From Naegleria gruberi (Eukaryota): a stretch of 64,000 nt of DNA. Positions 20,458-32,686 of this stretch are shown piece by piece; within the stretch, counting starts at the first letter, position 1; every line of letters begins with the position of its first letter. Both the position numbers and the translations under genes were made by a program. The notes under the pieces were generated by a model. The model was not told the origin of the DNA. It saw nothing but the letters and a program-made list of their open reading frames with translations, and did not search any database. The stretch lies in NCBI GenBank assembly GCA_000004985.1, contig GG738858.1. One strand, written 5' to 3'.

Positions 20458-22446
20458 ATGATGTATCAGCCAACAAAAAGTAAATACGAAACATTGCACA
20501 ATCATGATGCAGTACAAGGAAACAGCAAACAATCATCAAACTTACTGCCATCACTTCAAAATTGCAATAAGAGCAAACAACCTTGTATTTGCTCAACTAC
20601 AACTTCAACTTCACAAATTCAATCAAATATTTACCTCCAACAACAACCTTCCCGATCTAATGGTTATTTCAGTAATATGGACCATATGATTAATAGTAAT
20701 TCATCCTATCAATTGTACAGACAACATTCCTTCTTAGATTCAGTCCTTACTTCCAACAATAACAATAATGGACTTCTCGAGCATGATAACACATTTCCAG
20801 ATAATTATTCTACCAACATTCCAGGTACTGAACAAATATTAATGATATTAATGTGCAATGGTATGACCCCTGAATTCGATCAATTTAATGGTAAATTCAA
20901 AACTCCAACCTACAAGTACAGTACAAATAGATTAAGAACAGAAAATTTAAACACCAACAGTAGCAATGGTACAACACCATCCTCTTCTTCTTCCACAACA
21001 CCATCCTCTAGTATATCCTCCCCTAATTGTAATGATAATCTTAAATCTCACCTTGAGAGCTCAAATACAATAACAATCATATCCAGAGAAGATATTTGCA
21101 ACGTGAATGCTACTTGTAATTCTCCACAAAGAGAATCAATCTCTAGTAACAATCAACAATATCTTTCAGAATCTTCAAATAAGCTTGATGAAAACTTAAC
21201 CCTTCCTCCTTCTCCATGCGTTTCAGACATTTCCGAATCGGAACAAGTTAAAATTCCAGAAGAAATAATTTTCCAACAAATGACCACCACCACTCCTACG
21301 ACAGACCAAAACCTCATTCCTCACAAGATTGAATCTGTTATCCATGGTTCAACCGAATCATGTCGTATTTCTGATAGTCATGGCGAAACTACCGATGAAT
21401 CCAGTGATGAAGAGGATGCTCCAAAAGCAAAATATCCAAAAAGAGAAGCAAGAGACCAACAAAAAACAATGAAACAAGACCTATCACTTGATTCTGCAGA
21501 ATCATCTGGTTTTGTTGTTAAACCTACCAGGACTTACAGTTTCAGAGATGCCACTATCTATATTCTTTCTCAAATTGGTAAACCAATGACCGCAGTTGAC
21601 ATTACTAAGAACATATTTGATAACAAGATGGTTAAAAGCGCAGGAAAAACTCCTGAAAGAACTGTTGCAGCCATGATTTATCAAGAAATGAAAAAGAAGA
21701 AAAACACCTCTGAGTTTGCTTTATTTGGCTCTGGTCTCTTTGGTTTAAGTGCTTGGAAGAGTGATGACCACACAAGCCAAGATACTGCCAGTGTTTCCAC
21801 TGACGCCTCCTTGTCATCAGTTGACAGAGCTGATAAGAAGAAAAAGGAAAAGAGGAAAAAGAGGAAACTTGCTACTAAACCAGAGAAGGAATCAGAGCTT
21901 TCAGAAGCAGAAAGTGATAATGGGATGTCCGTTTCAAAAAGAAAACCTAGAAAAATGCACAAACACAAACAAGCTTGTTCTTCTTCAAGTGAGGAAACCT
22001 CAATGACAGATTCTGAAGAAACAACAAGTAGTAAGAAGAGAAAACACAATGAATCAGAAGAAACAGCAATTATTATGACAGAGGAAGCTCTTTTCAAAAC
22101 CTACATTTCCAAACTCAAAAAGAAGGATCAAACAGAATCCGATGAAGATGAATGTTTTGTTTGTAAGAATGGTGGTGATTTGATTTGTTGTGATTATAGA
22201 GGATGTAGAAAGGTTTATCATGCTTCATGTGTTGGTCTTAAAGAAGTGCCTCAAGGAGATTGGATTTGTCCTCATCACTATTGTGCAGAATGTAAAAAGA
22301 AATCATTCAGGAGCAAATCTTCTAAGAAGTGTTTCAGTTGTCCATATAGTGTTTGTGGTGAACATGGTTCTCTATTGAAAGATAAGATAGATAACGACAA
22401 GTATGTTTGCACAAAATGTAAACCAATGTGTGAGAACATTAAATAA
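20458..22446 (+). CDS. Ser/Asn-rich nuclear protein with a HARE-HTH-like winged-helix segment and a C-terminal PHD-type zinc finger (662 aa).
   Basis: C-terminal CFVCKNGGDLICCDYRGCRKVYHASCVGL...WICPHHYCAECKK (C4HC3-like). Lys/Arg-rich NLS-like KKKKEKRKKRK. Segment YILSQIGKPMTAVDITKNIF...TPERTVAAMIYQEM resembles HARE-HTH. Confidence 0.6.
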   Translation: MMYQPTKSKYETLHNHDAVQGNSKQSSNLLPSLQNCNKSKQPCICSTTTSTSQIQSNIYLQQQPSRSNGYFSNMDHMINSNSSYQLYRQHSFLDSVLTSNNNNNGLLEHDNTFPDNYSTNIPGTEQILMILMCNGMTPEFDQFNGKFKTPTYKYSTNRLRTENLNTNSSNGTTPSSSSSTTPSSSISSPNCNDNLKSHLESSNTITIISREDICNVNATCNSPQRESISSNNQQYLSESSNKLDENLTLPPSPCVSDISESEQVKIPEEIIFQQMTTTTPTTDQNLIPHKIESVIHGSTESCRISDSHGETTDESSDEEDAPKAKYPKREARDQQKTMKQDLSLDSAESSGFVVKPTRTYSFRDATIYILSQIGKPMTAVDITKNIFDNKMVKSAGKTPERTVAAMIYQEMKKKKNTSEFALFGSGLFGLSAWKSDDHTSQDTASVSTDASLSSVDRADKKKKEKRKKRKLATKPEKESELSEAESDNGMSVSKRKPRKMHKHKQACSSSSEETSMTDSEETTSSKKRKHNESEETAIIMTEEALFKTYISKLKKKDQTESDEDECFVCKNGGDLICCDYRGCRKVYHASCVGLKEVPQGDWICPHHYCAECKKKSFRSKSSKKCFSCPYSVCGEHGSLLKDKIDNDKYVCTKCKPMCENIK

Positions 22447-22709
22447 TTTATTTCACTTTACAATTTCAAATTTGATCTTATTGTTATCTGATTGTTGTTG
22501 GAATATCCCACCAATGGACATTGAGAGTGATAACAAGTCAATCACGACTTTCTCTCAGCGCAAGGAAAGAACAGTACTTATGGTAGGTACCTTCATATTA
22601 CTGTGTGACAAATATCAACATTTACAGAGTTGTTCCAAACTCTTTGGACTAGCATTGCCAAAATCCGACCACCTTTCCAGTTTGACATTTAACAAACACA
22701 AAAAAAATT

Positions 22710-25174
22710 ATGAAGAAACTCTTTTCCCGTACACCTAGCTTTCGTCCAAAATTTTCCAGTAGAATTGATAGCCATGAACAAACTGATGCTCTTGTAGGAG
22801 ATGTTTATCCTGGTCCTCATACAACTAATGGTCAATCATCAATAGTTAATAGTGCACCACTTAGTTCAACTAGTACTAATTCTCTTAACTCCACCACAAT
22901 CAAATATATGTTATTTGGTGGAGAACTTGATGATTCAGATCCAAACAAATTACCACAATTTATTCTTGATACCATTGATTTCCTTCTCAAATATGGTCTA
23001 GAAGTTGAGGGTATCTTTAGAGTTTCAACTCATGAGACTAGAAAAGCCGATTTGATCAACAAGATGAATGATCGATATGCTAAAGAGAAGGATCCACACA
23101 AGAATTGTACATTTACATATAATGGTACAAATAGTGATGAAGTTTATTTTGCCTCTGCTGTTTTAAAACATTACTTTAGAAGTTTACCAACTCCACTCAT
23201 CAAACCACAATTTTATGAAACTTTCATGTTGACAACTAAATGTAGAGATCAGGAAAGAAAAGACATGTTAAAGAATGCTGTCAGATTGTTACCTGTTAAT
23301 TATTTTACTTTATTGAAAAAGATTTCAGACCTTTGTTTTGAAATTTCAAAACACAGCTCATCAAATAAGATGACATGCGAAAATTTATCCGTCTGTTGGA
23401 CTCCTAATTTATTAATGTATGTTATTCATATTATTCATTTATTATTCATTTAGTGATTCAATATGATCTCAATAATTGTAAATGAATTGATCATTCATGG
23501 ATCAATAACTCTCTTCAAATTGTTAAATCAAATAGTAATAATAATATGGATTTTATGGAACAAATGAAGAGAACAGGTGATGCTCAAAATGTAATTGCAG
23601 CTCTTTTCAGAGATTGTAAACAAATCTTTGAAGACGAAGAAGAGGTACCTGTTAGAAATGTAGAAAGAAAACGATCAGCAGCTCAAACTAAGAAATTCTT
23701 TTTGGGACTCACTTCACAAACTTCTCAAGAAGGAATGGCAGTTTACAATGGAGAAAAGAATGAAAATGGAGAGAAACATGGTCGTGGTATTTTAATGTTA
23801 CCAAATGGTTCAGTATTTGAAGGTGAATTTAGAAATAACAGTTATGCAAATGGTAAATTGGTTTATGTTACAGGTGAACAATACGAAGGAAAGTTTATTG
23901 ATGATTTGCCAGATGATGATAATGGTGTTTTCCGTTTTGCAAACATGTCAGTTTACACTGGTCAAGTAAAGAAAGGCCAATTGACTGGAGTTGGTGAATT
24001 GAAATACAAAGATGGTGGTATTTACAAAGGATCATTTGTAAATGGAAAGAGAGAAGGAAAAGGAAGTTTTGAATTTTATGAAGGAAATCAAAAAGTTAGA
24101 CATTACGATGGTGATTGGGAAAATGATTCAATGAGTGGTCAAGGTACCCTAATTAACACAACTATTCAACAAGTTTATACTGGTCAATTTAAGAATAATG
24201 TTTATCACGGACAAGGTGTTTTAATTTCTGGTTTAGAACAAAATAGATGTGAAGGTGAATTTGAGAATGGTGTTGTAAAGAATGGTTCTGGAAGTTTCAC
24301 TTCACTGAATAATGAATTTATTCAATTTGAAGGATCATGGAAGAATTGTCAATTCACAGGTAAAATTAAGATTTTCAATTTCCAAACCAGATCATTAGAA
24401 TTTGAAGGTGATATGATTGACTCTAGAAAGAATGGTTTCGGTAAATTAGTTTATTCAGATGGATCATATTATGAAGGTCAATTTAATAATGATGAAATGA
24501 CTGGTACAGGTTCATTTGTTGATTCTGATAGAGTTTACAATGGTCAATTCGTTAAAAGTTTATTCCATGGTAAAGGAAAGTTAAAGGCAACTTTCAAATC
24601 TAAGGATTATGTTTTTGAAGGAGAATTTAGAGAACACCAACCATATAATGGTGTTGGTTCAGTTGTTGTGAGTAGAAAAACTGGAGATTATTGGGATGGT
24701 GAATTTAAGAATGGAAAGTTTAGTGGAAAGGGTCGTCTCACATTTGAAGATGCTTCTGTTTATGAAGGTAATGTTAAAAATTCACTTTGTGAAGGAAAGG
24801 GTGTTGTCACCTATCCAGATGGATCAATTTATTCTGGATCATTCTCAAATGATGAAAGACATGGTCCTGGAACACTCACTATTAAGGATGGAGATGAGAA
24901 GGATTTCATGATTGTCTCAATTAATCAAGTTTGGGATCATGGTGTTTTAGTTTCACAAGAAGAACCTCAATCACCTGCTACATTGGATGAGAAGGAATCT
25001 CTAATCTTTTCATTCCTTGACTCATTAGAGAAGGAAGAACCTCTGAGATTTGGACCACTTGTTGGTAAAGAACAACGACCTTACATCTCAACTGCCTTAA
25101 CAAAAGCAAAGGAAAATCCAAATACTTCAATCTTGTATGAAATTCTCTATCAACTCTCAAAATGCAGGCGTTAA
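22710..25174 (+). CDS. RhoGAP domain protein fused to MORN repeats. Proposed exons 22710..23416 and 23536..25174, with a 119-nt intron 23417..23535 (GTATGT..AATAG, phase 2). Alternative model: two separate genes, 22710..23453 and 23546..25174.
   Basis: RhoGAP motifs GIFRVS (Arg finger), LKHYFRSLPTPL, NKMTCENLSVCWTPNLL. The spliced product continues in frame into TGDAQNVIAALFRDCKQIF, which matches the last RhoGAP helix. This is followed by more than 12 MORN-like repeats (YEGxFxNGKxHGxG). Confidence 0.6.
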
Positions 25175-25331
25175 CATGTTGACAATAAAAGTAAAAATCC
25201 AAACATTGTAACAATATTTCTCAATTTCAAATACTTGATGATGATTCAAATTTTCGGAAATGTTCATCCATTGATTCAAATTTTGATTTTTCAAAGTTAA
25301 AAATAAAACCAATCAAATAACAATCAAAAAA

Positions 25332-26834
25332 ATGAATCATCAACATCTCTCAAAATTTGCTCAACCATCATCACTGATGAGAGTGTTCAGTGCTGGTACT
25401 AGAAAATGTAAAGGCTTTTCTCTTGTTCAATCATCTTCTTGGATTAATAATAGGAAATTCCAATCAAATAATATTAGACAATTTTCATCAACAAGTTTGA
25501 ATAGGAATGAAAAACAAGCAAGACAAGATTTGTATTCCTATGAAGTTTATGCTCTTCCGACAGAAAGAGATTATGATAGAATGATTCCGGATAGTGTTGA
25601 AGATAAACAAACTATTGTTGATTTGAATATGGACATTAGAAATGTATTAAATTATGTTCTTTTCTTGGCTTGTGATAAATATTCAGCAGAACGTTTAAAA
25701 GGATATCAAGAACATAAATTTAGTTTTGGAAAGGATAGACTTGTTAGTATTTTACAGTTAGCTCATGATGATTCAACTAGTCATTCAGGAAAAAAGCGAA
25801 GTTTAGAAAGTATTCTGGATAAGTCAACCACTGATTATATTGATATTATTGATGCTGTAAATTCTCACGTTCAATATATTAATAGAGAATTGAACAGACT
25901 TGATTTAAGTATTTCAGAGGAATACTATTCTGGTTCACCAAAAATTTCTGCAGAGGAATCAAATACTTCTCTTGCACAATGTGAAAAGGATATTGAAAAA
26001 TTGAATAGTGTTTTTAATAAGATGTATTCTATGGCTGATGTTGATCCATTGGATGATGATCTCATTGATAATGAAGCATATCACCCAATTGCATTGTATC
26101 TTAAGAATAAGATGAGAATAGTTTCTGTTAAAATGGACTTACAAAAGGACAAAGACAAGTTTAAGGATATTGAATCATTTCTCAAAATGGAACATGACAA
26201 GGATGAAGTTTTGGCTATGTGTAACAAAATTCAAGAAAGAGCTCTCCTCTATATGTCAACTCTACAATTGACAAAAGCCTATTCTGACATTACTCTATGC
26301 ACTCATATTACCAAACTAGTAGTTACAAAAGATGATACCAAGAAAGATATTTTAATTACTAGAGGATTAATTACATTACAATCATTAATTTACATGTACT
26401 CACTCTTGAAGGAATATGTTGTTATCATTAATAGAAAAGTTGATTTTGATTTTACTACAGAAAATCCAAAAGATTTACATCACTTTTTTGTTGAAAATTT
26501 CAAGGTTGTTCAACCAGTTATGTTTGACAATCAAATTGTTGAACTCGATTCTCAACGTTTAGCTTCTCTAGTAGATTTGAAAAATATTTCCCTTAAACTT
26601 GCTGTTTATGCTTCTAATCAACTTGAAATGCTGAAATATGATTTAGATGGTAAGAAGTTTGAATTTTTAGATAAATACCAGAAAGATTTAGACCTCACCA
26701 TGAAAGTTCTCAAATTCCAAGCAATTTATGTAGTCCTTAAAAAAGCTTTATCATTCACTCTTTGGGCAATTGCTTCTATTTGGCTCTTTAGATTTATTTC
26801 ACGAAAGCTTGAAGGAGAACCACTATTCAAATAA
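25332..26834 (+). CDS. Hypothetical 500-aa protein with a basic N-terminus (possible organellar presequence) and a C-terminal TM segment.
   Basis: Long ATG ORF with aaaaATG context. N-terminal MNHQHLSKFAQPSSLMRVFSAGTRK. C-terminal LSFTLWAIASIWLFRFI. No family recognised. Confidence 0.45.
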   Translation: MNHQHLSKFAQPSSLMRVFSAGTRKCKGFSLVQSSSWINNRKFQSNNIRQFSSTSLNRNEKQARQDLYSYEVYALPTERDYDRMIPDSVEDKQTIVDLNMDIRNVLNYVLFLACDKYSAERLKGYQEHKFSFGKDRLVSILQLAHDDSTSHSGKKRSLESILDKSTTDYIDIIDAVNSHVQYINRELNRLDLSISEEYYSGSPKISAEESNTSLAQCEKDIEKLNSVFNKMYSMADVDPLDDDLIDNEAYHPIALYLKNKMRIVSVKMDLQKDKDKFKDIESFLKMEHDKDEVLAMCNKIQERALLYMSTLQLTKAYSDITLCTHITKLVVTKDDTKKDILITRGLITLQSLIYMYSLLKEYVVIINRKVDFDFTTENPKDLHHFFVENFKVVQPVMFDNQIVELDSQRLASLVDLKNISLKLAVYASNQLEMLKYDLDGKKFEFLDKYQKDLDLTMKVLKFQAIYVVLKKALSFTLWAIASIWLFRFISRKLEGEPLFK

Positions 26835-26955
26835 ACAATTTTAAATTAATTTAAAATTGTAGATGGAAATAAGAACCTTATTGAAATTGTAAATTGAGAA
26901 TGGCGCCAAAATCATTTTAAAAAATTACGTTAATTGAGGAGAAGGAATTTATTTG

Positions 26956-27630
26956 ATGGCTGAACAATTATTGATGAATGCAGTTGAAAAGGGAGATCTC
27001 CAACAAGTTTCAACCCTTATTGTAGAAACAAATGCTGATGTGGATTTTATTGATGAGGGAAATAGAGGATTCACTCCATGTCATTTAGCTTCGGAAAATG
27101 GTCTGATGAGTGTTTTGGAATTAATATTGACTTATAATTGTGATCCGAACATTCCAAGTAATGAACAAGTTGGATATTTGACTCCTCTCCATATTGCAAC
27201 ATCGAAAGGATATAAGAAAATTGTTGAGACACTTTTGAATTATTATGCAGATCCTAACATGCAAGATATTAATGGTTATACTCCTCTGCACATTGCCTGT
27301 AGGAAGGGATTTTTGGAGATTGCCAAACTCCTTCTCGCAAAAGGAGCTGATGTTGAGATAAAAGATGAGCAAGGTAAAACACCTTATTATTGGGCACAAG
27401 AATACAAACATGATGAGATTTTACCATTCCTTGAAGTGTTTGCTTTCAGTTCAATGAAAGATCTTCCACCAATGCCTCTCGATCCTGCCACAGAAGCAAA
27501 AGCAAGAGAAAAGCTCGCTCTCTACGACTATACTAAACATCATGATTCTACCAAGGTTACAATTCATGTCATTAAGAAACAAGATACAACCAAAACGAAA
27601 AAGAAAACAACTAAGAAAAAGAAGAAATAA
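26956..27630 (+). CDS. Ankyrin-repeat protein (4 ANK repeats) with a Lys-rich C-terminal tail.
   Basis: ANK consensus repeats: GFTPCHLASENGLMSVLELIL, LTPLHIATSKGYKKIVETLL, GYTPLHIACRKGFLEIAKLLLAKGADVE, GKTPYYWA. Confidence 0.85.
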   Translation: MAEQLLMNAVEKGDLQQVSTLIVETNADVDFIDEGNRGFTPCHLASENGLMSVLELILTYNCDPNIPSNEQVGYLTPLHIATSKGYKKIVETLLNYYADPNMQDINGYTPLHIACRKGFLEIAKLLLAKGADVEIKDEQGKTPYYWAQEYKHDEILPFLEVFAFSSMKDLPPMPLDPATEAKAREKLALYDYTKHHDSTKVTIHVIKKQDTTKTKKKTTKKKKK

Positions 27631-27789
27631 GGAGTTTTTCTTCATATTATCAAATTGTTTGATCAACTGAATTATTCCTGAATCGGATATCTGTTTGAGT
27701 TTCTATTCAAGAAGCAGTAGGGACCAAATAATTAGCGGAGTTAATCATAAGGAGTTCGTTAAGAATTGTAATTTGAAAAGAAAAAAAAA

Positions 27790-29105
27790 ATGAAGAGAGT
27801 CTTATTGGTAGCTACCATTTTGGCTGTTCTCGCTGTTTCTGTCTTTGCCAAGACAATCACAGTCTCACTCAACAAGAAGGTTTTGGATCATTCTGATTCC
27901 AATGCTGTTGCTTGGTTCAACAATATCCGTATTGCTCAAATGACCAAGGTTGGTGCTGTTCCTAACAGACCATACTTGAAGACTGGTGCTTCTCCAGTTG
28001 TTCCATTGAACGATTTCTCTGATACTCAAGTATGTATTTTCATCAAGTATTGTTCTCTATAATTCCGTTATTTTTCCTGTTATTATTTTGTGTTAAAATT
28101 GATTTTTGGTGATCGATGTTAATTTATATTTGATTTGATGATGACAATTAATAACAGTACTATGGTTTTGTCAGTCTTGGTACTCCACAACAAAATTTCA
28201 AGGTTATTTTCGATACTGGTTCTTCCAACGTTTGGGTTCCATCTGAAAGTTGTTGGTCTATCACTTGTTTGTTGCACAACAGATACGATCACACCAAGTC
28301 CTCAACTTATGTTGCCAATGGTCAAAAGTTCAACATTACCTATGGTAGTGGTGGTGTTAACGGATTCTTATCTCAAGATGCTCTCTCTTGTGGTGGTATT
28401 CCAGTTAAGGGACAAGTTTTCGGTGAAGTTATGAGTGAACAAGGATTGGCTTTCTTGTTCGGTAAGTCTGACGGTATTGTTGGTATGGCTTTCCCATCTA
28501 TTTCTGTTGATGGTGTTACTCCAATGTTCAACAATATGATGAATCAAAAGTTGGTTGACAAGAATTTGTTCTCATTCTACTTGTCAAAGACTTCTGGTAG
28601 TACTGCAAGTGCTATGATTTTGGGTGGTATTGATACTAAGTATTATACTGGTCCATTGACCTATGTTCCATTGGCCAATAGAACTTATTGGGCTATTAGA
28701 ATCAACGATGTTGGTGTTGGTGGTGACTACAAGGGTGTCTGTCCTCCAGGTGGTTGTCTTGCTGCTGTTGATACTGGTACTTCCCTCATTGCTGGTCCAG
28801 CTTTGAAGATTGGTCCTATTATTGAATCTTTGAACATTGCTAAGGATTGTTCCAACATTGATTCTAATCCTGATGTTACTTTCAAGATTGGTGGTGTTGA
28901 ATATACTTTGAAGCCAAGAGACTATGTCTTGAAGATGACTCAATTCGGTCAATCTGAATGTATTGCCGGATTCATGCCATTGGCTTTGCCACCTCAATTT
29001 GGTGACTTCTGGATTCTTGGTGACGTTTTCATTTCCACTTATTACACTGTTTTTGACTATGATGGAAGCCGTGTTGGTTTCGCCAAGGCCAATCAAAACT
29101 TGTAA
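27790..29105 (+). CDS. Cathepsin D-like lysosomal aspartic protease (pepsin family A1), 395 aa. Exons 27790..28029 and 28158..29105; intron 28030..28157 (GTATGT..AACAG, phase 0).
   Basis: Signal peptide, then propeptide ending VVPLNDFSDTQ|YYGFVSLGTPQQNFKVIFDTGSSNVWVPS (first catalytic DTGS). Second catalytic site AAVDTGTSLIAGP. C-terminal GDVFISTYYTVFDYDGSRVGFAKA. Strong preferred-codon bias (ggt/gtt/aag/ttc). Confidence 0.9.
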
Positions 29106-29268
29106 ATAAATTAACACAAGTTCTTTAATATTGTACCCTCAATAACTTTACACATTTAATCGGTTTAATGATTTGATTTGAATTTTGATTTGTTCTCCTT
29201 TTGAACAATCATTGTCAGTTGTAAAACTGGTTAGCTGATTAAAGAGACGATGAACTTTAAATAAAAAA

Positions 29269-30652
29269 ATGTGGAAAGGTTGGAATGATCTTGTGGGCAC
29301 AGTGACTGGTGGAAATCATCACACCTCTACGGAAAATAGTGAAGAAAGTGAGGCATCAAATGAAGCAACAAATAATTCCTCCTCCGTACCATCATCAGAA
29401 TATTACACCAAAGATGATTTTGAATTGATCAATAATAAGGAAGATGCAGAAATACATTTAGTTATTTTAATTGCAGGAATGGGTGCTAGAAAGGGACATT
29501 ACCTTTCCGATTCACTTCTTGTTCCTTTTGGTAAATGGTTTGATATTAACAAGTGTCAACAAGCAATGAAAGAAGAAGTTTCCAATTGTTTCAAATCTTA
29601 TGCAAATGATCAGGTTAAAAAGAGATCTCCTCATATTTTGATTCGATCAATTGATTATTGTTCAACTGTTAGAGAAGAAGGAGGTTATAATGAAAAATTG
29701 AATCTTATTTCAATGAAATCAGGTGTTCAATTCCTTCGTTTAATTGCCAATGAATCAATGATTGATGTTTTAATGTATAATAGTGAAAAAATCAAACAAC
29801 AAATGCAAACTGTAAGTGTCAGGAATTGTTGAAAATTATATTGATGAATTACATTACAGACTGCTGTCAAACAAATTAATGAAATATTTGAGGAATTTAA
29901 GGATGTTCCAATCAAATCAGTTTCATTTGTTGGACATTCACTTGGTTCTGTTCTTGCCTTTGATATTCTTTATCAACATCAAGAATCTGGAAATACTCTT
30001 TTAAAGATGAATCCTAATAGATGCTTTTTAGTTGGAAGTCCACTTGGTTTGTTTTTGACAATGTCAGTTCAAACAACCAACCAATATTTAGAAGCATTCC
30101 ATTGTGTTAATCCTCAAACAAATAAGAAACAATTATTGAAGGAAATTGATGTTTATCACTTGTACCATCCTTATGACCCTGTTGCTTATAGATTGGATCC
30201 TCATTTAGATTCTAGATTTGGAAAACATGATCCTCATAGCTGTATGTTGTTATTTCACATTCTGATTTGTTAATTATTCAATAGTGGAGTATTTTGCTAG
30301 AAGATTTAATCCAAATCATTATGTCAATCAATTCAATAACTATGTAAGTAACACTTTAAAATAGATTATTCGAAACAATTTTCATTAGAAAGCTAAGATA
30401 TTTGGAAATCAAGAAAAGATTGATGAAGAATTAAGTGAACTCCTTAAACAATATGAAATGTATGTTAATTTTGAGAATAATTTATCTAACTTTCTTTATA
30501 GTATTGATTATTGCCTTCCAGTAAACTCTGAGCTTGTTATTAATGAGTATTTGAGTGCTGGTGATGTACATTTGAAATATTGGAACAATACTGAAGTTAT
30601 TTGTTTCATTTTAGAGAAAATGAATTTGATTTCTGCCAACAAATCTGAATAA
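29269..30652 (+). CDS. DDHD-domain phospholipase A1-like protein (PA-PLA1/SEC23IP family). Four exons: 29269..29811, 29860..30244, 30288..30346, 30392..30652. Introns of 48, 43 and 45 nt.
   Basis: Lipase serine motif FVGHSLGSVLAFDIL in exon 2. DDHD-domain end IDYCLPVNSELVINEYLSAGDVHLKYW in exon 4. Donors GTAAGT/GTATGT/GTAAGT with acceptors ACAG/ATAG/TTAG, and phases are consistent. Confidence 0.65.
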
Positions 30653-30704
30653 AATCCGCCAGCTATTTTGTACATCAGCTTCCTAGTTGTATTTACTTTT
30701 CAGT

Positions 30705-32358
30705 CTACTTTTTTGATCGTTTTTCTGACATTACTCCCAATCTATAACCAAGAAGTAAAAGTAAAAAGTGTTCATCAGCTTTGATGTTATTCTTTGCATC
30801 AATAAAGAGCTGACGAATTTCATCATCTGTTCTACACATTTCAGCGAGCATTGAAGAGTAATGTTGAAGGGAACTATTAGTAAATGAGATACATTGCTCA
30901 TTTTGATTTTGAGGAGGTGGTGGAGGTGGTGGATTATTAGTTAAATTAGTTGTGGTTGGATGGGAGGTAGATTCTGAAAGGAATGAAGATTTGGAATTAA
31001 CATTAAAACCAAACGAAGATGGTAAATTTTGTGTTCTTTCTTCTTTTTCTGCGAACACTGGAAGGTGATTACTTGTCGGTTCATCTCCTCCCAAATTCGA
31101 AAGTGATGGAAGTACTAAAAATCCTGATTGACTATTATCAAAAAGAAAAGATCCTCCACTGTTGGTATTATCCAAAAAACTCTTTTTCAAAAATGAAAAA
31201 TTACTATTACTGGCATCGTTATTCATTCCATGATCTAACAGGGACGATTCATGCTCCTTTTCCACATGAGAATTATGCAACTCATAAATTGAAGGTATCG
31301 AATTTGAGTGGGCATTTGAGTGAAAATTCCAATTATTAAAACCTATTGAATTACTTCTCGAACTACAACTTTGTTCCATTGAATTACTATTGGATTGTTG
31401 TGTATGATGTTTAACTTCATTGAGGTTGTTGAGGTTATTGTTATTGAGATTTTCACTTATTACCTCAACGTTCTTAACACTAACGGTTTCAGGTGTTTCT
31501 TCCTTAACAGGAGAAGTTTCAATATTAGATGTAGTGCTCTTCTTCTTTTTCTTTCCAGTTTTCTGAGTTGTTTCTTGAGGTGTTGGTTCTGTTACCTCTT
31601 TTGTTTCTTTTATTTCTGGTGTTTCTTTTGGAGGAGGCAACAGTTCATCTCCTTTTTTAATTTGTAATCTGTACTTTTGAAGGTGACTCTTAATATGATC
31701 AGTCTGTTAGAAAAATTGATTTGTTAAATTGTTAAATTAACTCTTTTGAAATACATACCGTTACACGAGAAACACCCATTAAATTCTTGATTGCTTTAGG
31801 GGCAGCATTATCAAGTCCCAACACAGAAACAGCTTCCACAAATGATTGATGTAATTCATTGGTCCATGATAATCTTTGTTTTTTGTTTTTAGCCTGAAGA
31901 TCTTCAGAATCACCCGATGAAACAGAAGGAGAAACTGTTGCTTCAACTGTTCTCTTTTTCTTATCATCGGATGATGATAATTGATCATAAGAGGAGTTGG
32001 GTAGTGATTTTGATTTTCTCTTTGTTTTAGATTCCTTCTTATTTGACTTTGTAGAGTTATTGTTATTTATATTATTACTCACAATACTATTGGTACTAGT
32101 GCTTGTTTGTTGTTGTTGTTGTTGAAGGCTACTGGAAGAGGAGGTAGTACTCATTGATGACGAGGCTCCTCCATATGAATCAGAGTTATTATTATTCATC
32201 ATATTCATATTATTATTATTATTATTATTGAGTACATTATTAGTAGCTACCACTCCTACAACTCCTTGGTGATGCTGATGATGAGCTGACTGATGTTGGT
32301 GCTGCACTTGTTGTGAGGAGATTGTTTGTTGCGGAACAAGCAGAGGTGGTTTTTGCAT
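30705..32358 (-). CDS. Myb-like SHAQKYF/GARP-class DNA-binding protein with Gln/Asn/Ser-rich flanks. Exons 32358..31759 and 31703..30705 (minus strand); 55-nt intron 31704..31758.
   Basis: Myb repeat RLSWTNELHQSFVEAVSVLGLDNAAPKAIKNLMGVSRVT, joined across GTATGT..AACAG to TDHIKSHLQKYRLQIKK (the SHLQKYR signature). The upstream frame is closed by TGA; 32358 is the first ATG. Confidence 0.65.
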
Positions 32359-32686
32359 TTTTTGTTCTAATTTGTACAACAAGCTTCATGCTAAAGCTTT
32401 GGGAATGAAGACTGAACATATATTGGTGAAAGAGGTCATTGATCAAACAAATACGTTACGTTAAGTCACTACACACGATGTCTATTGACTTTGTATTGGT
32501 AGTGAGCTTTTTATTCGGAGAGGTTACTCCTTTTGAGAAGAAAGAGCTTATTGGAGTGATTGTGGCAGGGAAATAACTTGAAGGATTGTAGTATTTTAAC
32601 AAGGGTGAAAATTATTTGATATTCCAATATAGTTCTGTAAGGACTATGGAGATAACGGTTTATAAAAATTTTTAGAATCGCAATAC

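Noticed and set aside
28584-29117. 177-aa ORF on the minus strand, antisense to the cathepsin D gene.
   Set aside because: It is a by-product of the sense strand's extreme ggt/gtt/tct codon bias. The translation is low-complexity and has no family resemblance. The sense gene is unambiguous.
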